64,000 bases of DNA. Origin: Eledone cirrhosa. Taxonomy: Eukaryota. Each line of letters opens with the position of its first letter. Within the stretch, counting starts at the first letter, position 1. The notes under the pieces are model-generated. The model did not search any database. It was not told the DNA's origin and was given only the letters and a program-made list of their open reading frames with translations. Both the position numbers and the translations under genes were made by a program. Below are positions 27,001 through 41,185 of this stretch, one piece after another. The DNA lies in assembly GCA_964016885.1 (NCBI GenBank), contig OZ024743.1, forward strand, positions 78,616,001 through 78,680,000. Direction: 5' to 3'.

Positions 27001-27041
27001 GCCCTGATGAGTCCTTATTAATGGGACGAAACATTGTTGGC
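27001..27041 (+). ncRNA. Minimal type I HHR of the PLE pLTR
   Basis: gcc-CTGATGA-gtcc-ttattaatg-ggac-GAAAC-att-GTT-ggc, AATAAA at 27043. Confidence 0.88.
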
Positions 27042-27196
27042 TAATAAAGTCTTTTGATATATTGAAGGCCTTTTGTTTATTTTTTATAATTTTTCGGCTC
27101 TGTTATATTACTTTGAGCTATATTCTTATACTGTCATTTCTATAATACGACGAGTGTGTTTAACTCCAACACACTCTAGTATTTTAATTCTTAATT

Positions 27197-27267
<71 letters not shown>

Positions 27268-27616
27268 AAATGTGTGAAATCCTTGGTACAGTTAGGTATA
27301 TTTTGAAAAAAGGGAAAGAATGACTTCACTTGTAGTTCTAAATTATTTTATTTAATTTTATAATATTATAATATTATGAGTTGGTAGATCTAGTAAATTC
27401 TTTGTTAACTTCGGTGGGAAGAAATATAAAGATTCCTGGTTAATTTTTTGGAGAATTTTCTCGCATTCGTCGGTGGCGATTGTCAAACTGAGATCAGTTT
27501 GAGTAGTGATGTGCGACTCTATATAAAAGAGAGATTTGGATGTGTCTGGGGGTGGAGTGTGGTGTTAATGAGTGTGGGAGTGAAGGAGTGTTGATGAAGA
27601 TTTAAAGGAATTAAAG

Positions 27617-27732
<116 letters not shown>

Positions 27733-27924
27733 TATACAAATATATACATATATACACAGAAAATGGTGAATGGTGACAGCAAGATAACTGATTGGGAGTG
27801 CTGTTGGTTTTTTTTAAAAGTGTGTTCAAGAAAGGGCTGTAAAAGTGCCCTCCTGCTGGTTCCATTTCAATAACTGACCTTTGATGAATATGATGGCCGA
27901 AACCTATCAAAGTTATCAAAGTTA

Positions 27925-28204
27925 TAAGTATATAATGTATATATTGTATAAATTGATATATAATATATATAAATTATATAATGTATATACTGTATATAAT
28001 ATATATATATATAATATATATACATTATATAATGTATATACTGTATATAATATATATATATAATAAATAATATATATACTGTATATAATATATATATATA
28101 TAATATATAATGTATATACTATATATAATATATATATATATAATATATAATGTATAACTGTATATAATATATATAAATTATATAATGTATATACTGTATG
28201 TAAT

Positions 28205-28235
<31 letters not shown>

Positions 28236-28251
28236 TATAATGTATATACTG

Positions 28252-28291
<40 letters not shown>

Positions 28292-28555
28292 TAAATTATA
28301 TAATGTATATACTGTATATACTATATATATATAATATATATACATTATATAATGTATATACTGTATATAATATATATATATAATATATATAACGTATATA
28401 CTCTATATAATATATATATATTATATATATATTATATAATGTATATACTATATATAATATATATATATAATATATATAATGTATATACTGTATATAATAT
28501 ATATAAATTATATAATGTATATACATTATATAATATATATATATATTATATATAA
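27925..28555. repeat. AT-rich minisatellite (tataatgtatatactgtatataata...)
   Basis: Repeated unit with variable TA length. Confidence 0.9.
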
Positions 28556-28694
28556 TGTAAATAAGATAAATGTTGTGTATACTGGGATTCCTATACTGTA
28601 ATACAATAACTACCAGTAATATACTGGGGTCGATATAACCCACCCACTCACTTAACCCCGAAATTGCTGGCTTTGTGCTTAAATTAACAAAACC

Positions 28695-28992
28695 TTTCTA
28701 ATACTGAGGTACCATATATAGGGGTGGGATAAGGTAGCATATTTCTAATACTGAGGTACCATATATAGGGGTGGGGTAACATATTTCTAATACTGAGGTA
28801 CCATATATAGGGGTGGGGTAACATATTTCTAATACTGAGGTCCCATATATAGGGGTGGGGTAGGGTAGCATATTTCTAATACTGAGGTACCATATATAGG
28901 GGTAGGGTAACATCTTTCTAATACTGAGGTACCATATATAGGGGTGGAGGTAACATCTTTCTAATACTGATGTACCATATATAGGGGTAGGG
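28695..28992. repeat. About 42-bp minisatellite x7
   Basis: tttctaatactgaggtaccatatataggggtggggtaacata. Confidence 0.93.
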
Positions 28993-28999
28993 TGACCGG

Positions 29000-29899
29000 A
29001 CTTGCCTTCAGTCAGACCTACTGGCTGTTATCCAATGGGCAGAAAAGAATAATATCCTGTTGAATGAGGATAAGTTTGAATTAATCCACTTTGGAAAAGA
29101 GGATGCCCTGAAACTTCCATACTCCCTTCTTTCGGGTGAAACTCTAGTGTCATCCAACAACATCAGAGACCTGGGAGTAATTGGGGACAACAACATAAGC
29201 TGGGACACTCATATAAACAGCTAAGTTGACATGACCCGCAGAATGTGCTCCTGGATTATCAGAACCTTCCAGTCGAGAGATATCCACACTTTTATCCTTC
29301 TCTTCTCCACTTTTGCCGACCCCACTTTGAATACTGTTGTCCACTGTGGTCTCCCCACACGAAACAAAATATCATGAAAGTTGAAGCACCCCAAAGATCG
29401 ATTACAAAAAAGATAGATGGCATGACAGGCCTTGACTATTGGGGTCGACTAGAAATGCTCAACCTTTATTCTCTCCAACATCGCCGTGAGCGCTACGTTA
29501 TCTGCATGATGTGGGAAATATTCCATCAGCTTTGCCCAAATGATGTTGGCATCATCTTTAGTGTACACCCAAGGCTTGGACCCCGTACTATCCGCCCACG
29601 ACAAAAATCTCAATCGCATCTCATAACAACAATATGGCACAATTATTTCACTTCAATTGACCCTGCTCTCTTTAACATTACACCAAAACACATCAAAACA
29701 GAAACAGACCCCATCAAGTTCAAGAAATCTTTGGACAAATTCCTTCAAGATATACCGGGTATGCCTCCGTAAACAATAACTCTCTACTGGAGTTGGCCAT
29801 GGTGTCCAAATCTTGATTTGAAAGACTTCGCCAGGTGGTGCTATTAACTTAGACATGGTCTGGGTCAATACTGGCCGAAACCTATCAAAGTTATCAAAG

Positions 29900-29903
<4 letters not shown>
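29000..29903 (+). mobile_element. CR1-like LINE, 3' portion
   Basis: LQSDL..QWAEKN..LNEDKF, RDLGVI, RPHFEYCCPLWSPH, LNLYSLQHRRERY, FKKSLDKFL; tail (atcaaagtt)2 then (TA)n. Confidence 0.88.
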
Positions 29904-29939
<36 letters not shown>

Positions 29940-29942
<3 letters not shown>

Positions 29943-30460
29943 TTAGAATTGGTGCTCTGAAATAGCGATTTATATATGAATGTATATACAGTGTATTTTG
30001 CAATACACTGTATGCTTAATTAAAAGCATTTCGAAGACCTTATACTATTGTTTTAGAGTAGTGACAGTCTCACTTACTTTAAATTTTCAGCAAACAGGGG
30101 GAGATAAAGCTGACAGAACTCAGTTTCGTACTTTTTGGTATTCATATATATATCGCTATTTCAGAACACCAATTGTAATTTTCAATTTCTGCTTGACCGT
30201 CAACTGCTCTGTATAATCAGTTCCTGATTATTACTAGATTCTATAAGAATCAAACATTCATGATTTTCAGCAAACAGGTGGAGTACTTAGCTTTGATAAG
30301 TACCAAAAAGTACGAAACATGCCTCTGTCAGCTTTATCTCCCCCTGTTTGCTGAACATTTAAAGTAAGTGAGACTGTCGCTACTCTAAAACAATAGCGTA
30401 GGGTCTTCGAAATGCTTTTAATTAAGCATACAGTGTATTGCAAAATACACTATATATACA

Positions 30461-30470
<10 letters not shown>
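29940..30470. repeat. Inverted repeat cassette (29970-30140 / 30301-30470; 29940-29980 / 30141-30180)
   Basis: gtgtattttgcaatacactgtatgc...gtttcgtactttttggta versus taccaaaaagtacgaaac...gcatacagtgtattgcaaaatacac; between (TA)n tracts. Confidence 0.92.
30289..30333 (+). ncRNA. Decayed HHR
   Basis: agct-ttgataa(2 core changes)-gtac-caaaaa-gtac-GAAAC-atgcctct-GTC-agct. Confidence 0.6.
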
Positions 30471-30506
<36 letters not shown>

Positions 30507-30508
<2 letters not shown>

Positions 30509-33192
30509 AAAGTTTTATTTAAGATTGTTGGGTTACAACGAGTAAATATTTTATAACTGATATAAAAGCACTCGACAGTTTCTGGAGTAGGTTTACGATA
30601 TTAAACAAATGGAAACTATATTTATAAAACCATATTTATTTCGTTATATATATTTCTGGGATATCATATTAAAAATATGTTATGCCTTCCTCAGACAAAA
30701 TACAATACATAAGCTGTTTTATAAATAATTAGTGACACACCTTGTAATAATGCAACTTCCTTTTAAAAAGTTGATTTGGTAGTGAAACTGTTATGATAGT
30801 TATATAGAAAGAAAACGAAGATGAGGAGAAGAAGGTGAAGAGATGTATGTAAATAAAAAAGAAGAAGATGAAGAGATGTATGCAAAGAGAAAGGAGATGT
30901 ATGTAAAGAAAAATAACGGAGCGAGATAGAGAGACAAGGATAGAGAGAAATACATTGATGGTGAAAAAAAACATAGTAGGCTGCATTTTGACAGATGATC
31001 ATCGTATATGTGAGAGGTTAAGGGAAGGGATACAGTTAGATTAGTGTATAGGAGAAAAAGAAAGAAAGATGATATATTTAAAATATATTAAAAATATATT
31101 ATGTCTCATCCATTTGAATTATCAATTTTTATGAATTAGGCATTATAATGTAAATACCAGTATTCATGAATGAGACACATATCTATAATGTGTAAAAAAA
31201 AAGTGACCACATGCTCAGTTTAAAAATTCTTAGGTCTATAAGCAAAATCTGAGACAAAACTTCAAACATAAGTATATATGCATTCTCGTGAAAAATGAGA
31301 AAAGAGAAGGTTATCTCAAATTCAAGTTGATAAATATAGACGCACATGTGAACCTAGGTGATACGCTGCACTGATTCTTATATTTCATGAAAAACTTCAA
31401 TGTGTCAGAAAAGAAAAACTTCAATGCGTTAGAAGAGATTCCACCCTACATACATTTACATACATATATACATATATATAGACACAAAACATATAAGATA
31501 TACATTAACATCTAAAATAATCATCGATCAAGCATAGAGTAGACAACAGATATCAATATTAAAATTAAAAACGCCAAGAATATCTTCGTCACTCCACAGA
31601 GTATCTAGGGACGCAAGAGAACATAGTATGTCACGCATATCGGTCATAGAATCAGAGTCAAAAGCAAACAAGACCAAAATTGCTCACCAAGCCTTATTTA
31701 TCAGAAATCATTCAAAACTTATTCTACAAATGCTCTTATATTTATTATAGAAGTTTATCCAGCTTAAAAATTTATTCAAAAGATTGGGACCAACGCCAAT
31801 TTTAGGGTAGTTTATTTAATCTCATTAGTTATATATTCATGCGGAAAGGTTTTAAAAAAATTAAAGGAATCGAAAGATTTATCGCCAAGTATCACAAATA
31901 GTCAAATACCTTAAGTAAATATACTACATTTTATACTACATTTTAAATTTATATTTATATTTAAATGTTGAGTTCAATCTATGTCTGCAACAGCTGAATA
32001 AATTGGTTCGTAAATTAAGGGAATTTTTAGATTTTAATATAAAGAATATCTCCTCCGCGCAGAGGTCACAAGTCTCAGAAGAGGAATTAAAAAGAAATCC
32101 CTTTTGAGACTATATTCCAAACCATCGAATATCCAACTTTATCATGCTTAAGTTGCCAGAGTAACCCTGACAGCGATGTTGATGATTTTTTATTTGGATC
32201 CGTGAAAGAATGTTTGTGATTATTATAGCGAAGTTTAAATTCTGTCGAGGTGGAACCAACATAATTAAAAGAATTTAAATCAGTTCTAACATTACAGTTG
32301 TATATTATATTTTTAACTAAGCAATTGTTATTTAGCGGACATTTAGATCTATCTCTACAGTTACAGTTTTTTAGTTGAATATTGTTTAGGCTATTTTCGG
32401 TATTTTGGCTAGGTTTTAGATTCCTATTATTTATTCTATTAATATTTTGTGCTAAATTTTTGGTGGACGAGTACGTTAATTTTATAGTATGTCTATTAAA
32501 AATTGAGTGATACTTATGTGTTCTAGGGAAGCGTTTGTCAAGAGCATTAAAAAATAGTTTAGCGATGTGGGTTTTAATGTTTAGTGAGAAAGGGGGGGGG
32601 GGCAAACCATATTATATTTCTAGTTCTATTTCTTTTCTGGTTTTTGAAATTATTGTAGTGCTTTCTATTATAGTTGTTAAAGTTGTTACTGTAATTAAAA
32701 TTGTTGTTATTTTGGTTAGTTTGTCTATTATCGATGTGCATAATTTTATCACTATATCCTGCTCTAGCTAAAGCATCATTATAATATTGGGCTTTTTCGT
32801 CAAAAATATTTTTATTGGAAGAGATTCTAGAGATACGTTTTTGAACAGAGTTTACTATAGTATTTTTGACAGATCTGGGGTGATTGGAGCTAAAATTGAC
32901 ATAATTCAAGTTTTCTCTTCATCTTCTTTTTTATTTATATACATCTCTTCACCTTCTTCTTCTCATCTTCGTTTTCTTTCTATATAACTATCATAACAGT
33001 TTCACTACCAAATCAACTTTTTAAAAGGAAGTTGCATTATTACAAGGTATGTCACTAATTATTTATAAAACAGCTTATGTATTGTATTTTGTCTGAGGAA
33101 GGCATAACATATTTTTAATATGATATCCCAGAAATATATATAACGAAATAAATATGGTTTTATAAATATAGTTTCCATTTGTTTAATATCGT
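30507..33192 (-). mobile_element. 5'-truncated Naiad-type PLE with inverted 5' pLTR
   Basis: Minus ORFs YVNFSSNHP..RIS..YYNDAL..GY..RNIIWF.PP, CNCR..CPL..C..IIY..YVGST..FKLRYNNH (frameshifted); 32910-33192 is the reverse complement of 30597-30880. Confidence 0.9.
33085..33150 (+). ncRNA. Type I HHR in the pLTR (element-sense copy at 30637-30702, minus strand)
   Basis: tattttgt-CTGAGGA-aggcataacata..tatgatatccca-GAAAt-atat-ATA-acgaaata; palindromic stem III loop. Confidence 0.72.
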
Positions 33193-33212
33193 ATATATAT
33201 ATATATATATAT

Positions 33213-33792
<580 letters not shown>

Positions 33793-33980
33793 CTTAGTCT
33801 TAGATTCTTCCGCGCCGTTCGGCGCACCGAGCAGTAAGTACTTGCCAACGGTCACGATCAGCGGCAACTTTTTCGAGACAGTGCTAGGTGATGTTGGCTG
33901 CCATCAGGTCCTTCCGGAACGTTCGTCGCCAGGTGATCCTTGAGCAATCCCGCCTCCGTTTACTGCCAGGTGGAGTCCAG

Positions 33981-33985
<5 letters not shown>
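33793..33985 (-). mobile_element. RTE 3' terminal fragment
   Basis: WTPPGSKRRR...TWRRTFRKDL; tail ctaagactaag then (TA)n. Confidence 0.7.
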
Positions 33986-34023
<38 letters not shown>

Positions 34024-34089
34024 AGTGGCGATGAATTAGTTTTGCGAGGTTTTTTATATGAAATCGTGTGTCGAAACAAATATTGTTAT

Positions 34090-34856
34090 ACTTGGGGAGG
34101 GTCATATTTGTGTAATATTGCCAGAATTGATAACAGAACACACTCACTGTTTGGTTGGTTTTCGCTTCTCGCTTCTGTGTCTTTTATATCGGTAATCTAA
34201 CTTACTCGGTCCTCAATGTTGCCATTGACTGACCGACGGTAGATAGGCAAATCAGAGAGGCCAGTGAAATAGAAATTAGAAGACCAAGGCTAAACAGAAA
34301 GAATGAATGGAATAACAACAACACCCAAACAAACAACACTGACCTAAGAGAAGTATAAATAAGTAAATAAAATAAAATAAAATAAATAAATAAATAAATA
34401 AATACATACCCAAGCACAATAACAACAAGCACATAAACACACACTAGTCACCCAACACACAGCAAACAAAACACTATACACACACGCAAACGCATGCGCA
34501 AAGAAGACAAAATAAAATAAACAAACAAGCAAATAAATAAATAAATATATAGACAGACTGAATAAAAATGGCGTAGACATAAAATACAACAGGAGGAAAC
34601 GATAGCACCACTGACGATGTTGCAGATGTGCAACGAAAGATTTATGATAAACTATATATATGTGTTTGTGTCTATATTGTATCTGTATTATTTTTGACCG
34701 TCGGTCAGTCAATGGCAACATTGAGGACCGAGTAAATTAGATTACCGATATAAAAGACACAGAAGCGAGAAGCGAAAACCAACCAAACAGTGAGTGTGTG
34801 AGTGTGTTCTGTTATTAATTCTGGCAATATTACACAAATATGACCCTCCCCAAGTA
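34090..34856. repeat. Inverted repeat cassette (34090-34240 / 34697-34856)
   Basis: tacttggggagggtcatatttg...gactgaccgacggt versus accgtcggtcagtc...caaatatgaccctccccaagta. Confidence 0.92.
34609..34646 (+). ncRNA. Minimal HHR-like motif in the IR spacer
   Basis: ca-CTGACGA-t-gttgca-gatg-tgcaac-GAAAg-at-tTA-tg; strong stem II, weak stems I and III. Confidence 0.55.
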
Positions 34857-34858
34857 TA

Positions 34859-34948
<90 letters not shown>

Positions 34949-34952
34949 GTGT

Positions 34953-35006
<54 letters not shown>

Positions 35007-35287
35007 GTGTGTGATATATATATATATATCAACCTGATTAGTTCTATCGTTACTTTGGTATGTATTGTGTATTAGTTTCGCCTACCACAATGTTCGATTT
35101 GTCAAGCTATTTAAACGTATGTTATTACTCTGAGGTCCTATCTTATCGAGTGTTTTGCTAACTCATCATTTCATATAAGTAGGCCGAATTTACTTGCAGA
35201 CCGCCAGAGATTCGATTTTACTGATTTCCAATTATATATATATATATATATATATTGGACACTACCGTTTATTTTGGTAGATTTATC

Positions 35288-35359
<72 letters not shown>

Positions 35360-35496
35360 GATAAATCTAACAAAATAAACGGTAGTGTCCAATACCTATG
35401 AAGAACTCAATGTAATCCAAATATAGAAGATATCATGAAAAGAGAGAATGCATTCAAAATTTAACGATAAAAATCATAGGAAAATAGGGTCAAGAT

Positions 35497-36735
35497 AAAT
35501 TAATAAAAACAATGAAATAAAAACAAGGAACAGGTTCCTTATATTAAAAAAATGATCATTTTACGATCGCTTCTGGGATATATATGTGTATGTTGGTATG
35601 TATATCATATTAAAGATCTATGTAAAAAAATATTACAAATTATCAGAGGTATACAGAGGTATACATACCTTCACCTAAGCATGCCATCTTCAGAAATGAT
35701 GAAGTATGTTTATTGAAAGAAACAAAGTATTAATACAAAAAGTCTGTTTGGAAACAGGTTTTGAATTGACCAATAGAAATGAGTTAGAGGTCAAGTTGAT
35801 AGAATAACAGTAGTAGAACTTTATGCTAGGAGTGGAGGAATGTAAATTTATGCTTTGAATGTAAAGAATACAATGGGGAAGAGAAAGAAAAATAACTTTA
35901 GGTAAAGTTATCTTTAACCTCAATACTTCTTTTAACCGCATCCCATATCTATCACATTTAATACCTAGGATTATTTAATACCTAGGATTAGTAAATATAA
36001 TTAATATCTTTAATATTATGGATGTTTAGATAGATACACTACTTTTTATAAAAACAATTTCTATTTCAGTCTTTCTATATATATTTTTTATTTTATTTTA
36101 TTTTTTTTTACTTCTTTATTTATCACATTCATGAGAATTAATATAATTTTAACTCTGTAAGTATACCTATGAATTAATTTAATTTCCTTTTATGCATCTA
36201 GGTTCCTTGAAATTTAAACAGGAGTAGTATTTCTCACTAACACTCTCACTCCACAAAAAAAATTCTTTTCCCTTCGCTTTTAACACAATTCTTTAATAAC
36301 ATACATTTTTTGGGGGAATCCTTCACTATCTCATTGACTTGACTTCATTTTAACCCCTTTCTTTCTCTTCCCCATTGTATTTTTACATTCAAAGCATAAA
36401 TTTACATTCCTCCACTCCTATCATAAAGTTCTATTTTATCAACTTGACCTCTAACACTTTTCTATTGGTCAATTCAAAACCTGTTTCCAAACAGACGTTT
36501 TGTATTAATACTTTGTTTCTTTCAATAAACATACTTCATCATTTCTGAAGATGGCATGTATAGGTGAAGGTATGTATATCCCCTCTGATAATTTGTAATA
36601 TTTTTTTACATAGATCTTTAATATGATATACATACCAACACACACATATATCCCAGAAACGATCGTAAAATGATGATTTTTTTAAATATAAGGAACCTGT
36701 TCTTTGTTTTTATTTCATTGTTTTTATTAATTTAT
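35497..36735. repeat. Inverted repeat, about 390-bp arms (35497-35890 / 36360-36735)
   Basis: aattaataaaaacaatgaaataaaaacaa...gaagagaaagaaa versus tttctttctcttccc...ttgtttttattaatt. Confidence 0.93.
36536..36676 (+). ncRNA. Type I HHR with a 104-nt stem II domain (mirror copy 35552-35702 has GAAA>GAAG)
   Basis: tcatcattt-CTGAAGA-tgg..[36552-36655]..cca-GAAAC-gatc-GTA-aaatgatga; perfect 9-bp stem I. Confidence 0.8.
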
Positions 36736-36833
36736 ATATATATATAGTGTGTGGTATATATAGTGTATGGTATATATATATATATAGTGTATATATATAT
36801 ATATAGTGTATGGTTTATATATATATAGTGTAT

Positions 36834-36880
<47 letters not shown>

Positions 36881-36906
36881 TATGGTATATATATAAATAT
36901 AGTGTA

Positions 36907-36949
<43 letters not shown>

Positions 36950-36952
<3 letters not shown>

Positions 36953-37082
36953 GTTTCTACTTTAGGCACAAGGCCAGCAATTACCCAGTGCATTACTGGT
37001 ACTTTATTTTATCGACCTCGTAAGGATGAAAGGCAAAGTCAACCTCGGCGGGATTTGAACTCAGATCGTAAAGGGACGTAAC
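36950..37082 (-). mobile_element. OK-like SINE, 5'-truncated
   Basis: Nearly identical to 10206-10337. Confidence 0.85.
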
Positions 37083-37100
37083 AAGATATATATATATAAT

Positions 37101-37547
37101 AGGAGCTCTTAAGAGTCAATGGCTATCCAAAATCGCCGGGAGAGATGAACCCTTAGCCTTTGTCAAGGCAGAATTCTAGGAGAAGGAAAACTCTGATATA
37201 ACACCTGCAACCCTGATGGTATCCAATGATGTTGACTTGTTCTTCTTTTTGGTAAATATCATCTTGGTTAAGAGAGTGGGACTGGCTTTGTGCAGAGCCT
37301 TTGCTCACTATAAAAGCTTCACGGCACAGGCATTGCTTTATATCTGGAGATCTCTCTGCACTTGTCGTGACATGGTACCATGGGCCCAGCACTATGTGTC
37401 AATAATTGTCACAAGTGTAGTGTTTGTACCAGAGTTTTCAAGTCGCTGGCTGGACTAAAAAGTCACACTCGTTCAGCGCATCGGTAGGGGTTCTCCTACA
37501 TGGATATAAAGTAGTGGCCGTACTCAAAAACGAGTTGGCAGCCACCA
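37101..37547 (+). mobile_element. Non-autonomous RTE-derived element, 5'-truncated copy D
   Basis: Reverse complement of part of 47014-47622; 37401-37487 reads NNCHKCSVCTRVFKSLAGLKSHTRSAHR*. Confidence 0.87.
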
Positions 37548-37549
37548 TA

Positions 37550-38207
37550 TATAATGTATGGTATATATATATATATATAGTGTATGGTATATATATATAA
37601 TGTATGGTATATATATATATAGTGTATGGTATATATATATATATATAGTGTATGGTATGTATATATATAGTGTATGGTATATATATATATATAGTCTATG
37701 GTATATATATAGTGTATGGTATATATATATATATATATATAGTGTATGGTATATATATAGTGTATGGTATATATATATATATAGTGTATGGCATGTATAC
37801 ATATAGTGTATGATATATATATATAGTGTATGGTATATATATATATATATAGTGCATGTTATATATATATATATATATATATATATAACGAAGGAAATGT
37901 GGTAAGGAACCAGGTGGACCATAACGCACCAAAGTACTCAATACTTAGGGTAGTAGAGTGGGTAATAGGAACAAGTAAGACCCCGACGGCTGAGCTCAAG
38001 CCGTTTCGACGGCTAATTCTGGACATATATATATAGTGTATAGTATATATATAGTGTATGGTATATATATATAGTGTATGGTATATATATATATAGAGTA
38101 CGGTATATATATATAGTGTATGGTATATATATATATATATAGTGTATGGTATATATATAGAGTTTATGGTATATATATATATTGTGTATGGTATATATAT
38201 AGTGTAT

Positions 38208-38289
<82 letters not shown>

Positions 38290-38433
38290 ATGGTATATAT
38301 ATATATATATAGTGTATGTTATATATATATAGTGCATGGTATATATATAGTGTATAGTATATATATATAGTGTATAGTATATATATAGTGTATGGTATAT
38401 ATATAGTGTATGGTATATATATATATAGTGTAT

Positions 38434-38494
<61 letters not shown>

Positions 38495-38497
38495 TAT

Positions 38498-38535
<38 letters not shown>
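37550..38535. repeat. (TA)n-derived minisatellite (tatagtgtatggtata), interrupted at 37888-38025
   Basis: Directly visible; same unit at 36735-36910. Confidence 0.92.
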
Positions 38536-38537
<2 letters not shown>

Positions 38538-38785
38538 TGCACTTTGAACATAGGATGTGGTGGCGAGTATATTAGTGCCACTTCTGCAGTTGCTGCATTG
38601 CTTGCGTATGTATGTGTATGTAGAGTGGTGTATGTGTAAATATGTGTGTGAATATGTGTGTGCATGTATGTGTATGTACATAGGTATGCATGTTCGTGCA
38701 TGTGTGTGCATCTATGAGTGCGCATATATAAAAATGTTATATATATGCATGTGCATGCATTTGTGTGCATCTATGTGCATATATA

Positions 38786-38819
<34 letters not shown>

Positions 38820-38984
38820 CATATGCGTCTGTTTGTGGTTGTGAGTTTTATATATACATATGTGTGTATATAAGCGAGGGTGGTGTGTTTATTAGGGAGT
38901 ATAGAACACGTGACTATGTAGGGGGCTGATGCATATCAATGCACCTGGTTGTTTAATATTAGGGTCTGGTGTGTATATATGTAT

Positions 38985-39145
<161 letters not shown>

Positions 39146-39204
39146 CACATATATATATATATATATACACACATATATATATATATATATACACACACAC
39201 ACGC

Positions 39205-39250
<46 letters not shown>

Positions 39251-39394
39251 TTGTGTGTGTGTGTGTGTGTGTGTGTGCTTGCCTGCATGCCTATATGTGT
39301 GATTGTATGCATGCATGTGACAATTAGTGCACGTGTTTGTGCTTGTGGTTGCGTTGTTTTGTGTGCATTTGTGCATAATGTATCTATATCTGCG

Positions 39395-41045
39395 CACTGC
39401 TGTATCTATGTCTCTACACACATGTGTATATATCACTGTATATATATGTCTCTCTACACACATGTGCATATATCACTGTATATATATGTCTCTCTACACA
39501 CATGTGTATATATCACTGTATATATATGTCTCTCTACACACATGTGTATATATCACTGTATATATATGTCTCTCTACACACATGTGTATATATCACTGTA
39601 TATATATCTCTACACACATGTGTATATATCACTGTATATCTATATATGTCTACACACATGTGTATATATCACTGTATATATATGTCTCTCTACACACATG
39701 TGTATATATCACTGTATATATATGTCTCTCTACACACATGTGTATATATCACTGTATATCTATATATGTCTACACACATGTGTATATATCACTGTATATA
39801 TATGTCTCTCTACACACATGTGTATATATGACTGTATATCTATATATCTCTACACACATGTGTATATATCACTGTATATATATATATGTCTCTCTACACA
39901 CATGTGTATATATCACTGTATATATATGTCTCTCTACACACATGTGTATATATGACTGTATATCTATATATGTCTACACACATGTGTATATATCACTGTA
40001 TATATATGTCTCTCTACACACATGTGTATATATGACTGTATATCTATATATCTCTACACACATGTGTATATATCACTGTATATATATGTCTCTCTACACA
40101 CATGTGTATATATCACTGTATATCTATGTCTCTCTACACACATGTGTATATATCACTGTATATCTATATATGTCTACACACATGTGTATATATCACTGTA
40201 TATCTATATATGTCTACACACATGTGTATATATCACTGTATATATATGTCTCTCTACACACATGTGTATATATGACTGTATATCTATATATCTCTACACA
40301 CATGTGTATATATCACTGTATATATATATATATATCTACACACACGTGTATATATCACTGTATATCTATGTCTCTCTACGCACATGTGTATATATCACTG
40401 TATATCTATATATGTCTACACACATGTATATATATCACTGTATATATATGTCTCTCTACACACATGTGTATATATCACTGTATATCTATGTCTCTCTACA
40501 CACATGTGTATATATCACTGTATATCTATATATGTCTACACACATGTGTATATATCATTGTATATCTATATATGTCTACACACATGTGTATATATCACTG
40601 TATAGATATGTCTCTCTACACACATGTGTATATATGACTGTATATCTATATATGTCTACACACATGTGTATATATCACTGTATATATATGTCTCTCTACA
40701 CACGTTTTTATATCACTGTATATCTATATATGTCTACACACATATGTATATATCACTGTATATATATGTCTCTCTACACACATGTGTATATATCACTGTA
40801 TATCTATGTCTCTCTACACACATGTGTATATATCACTGTATATCTATGTCTCTCTACACACATGTGTATATATCACTGTATATCTATATATGTCTACACA
40901 CATGTGTATATATCACTGTATATATATGTCTCTCTACACACATGTGTATATATCACTGTATATCTATATATGTCTACACACATGTGTATATATCACTGTA
41001 AATATATGTCTCTCTACACACATGTGTATATATGACTGTATATGT
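39395..41045. repeat. About 40-bp satellite, about 41 copies
   Basis: catgtgtatatatcactgtatatatatgtctctctacaca. Confidence 0.97.
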
Positions 41046-41141
41046 CAATAAAGGAAATAGATGACAAACTGTGATATTAGATCGTTTATTATAACAAAGC
41101 AGAGATTGCAGTCATTTCTATCACACAGTTGAGTGTGTGAG

Positions 41142-41185
<44 letters not shown>

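Larger units (their letters stand above)
24679..27200 (+). mobile_element. 5'-truncated Penelope-like element (Naiad-type) with long AT-rich 3' UTR
   Basis: GIY-YIG ORF, then about 1.8 kb of UTR containing a minimal HHR and AATAAA, ending in (TA)n. Confidence 0.85.
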
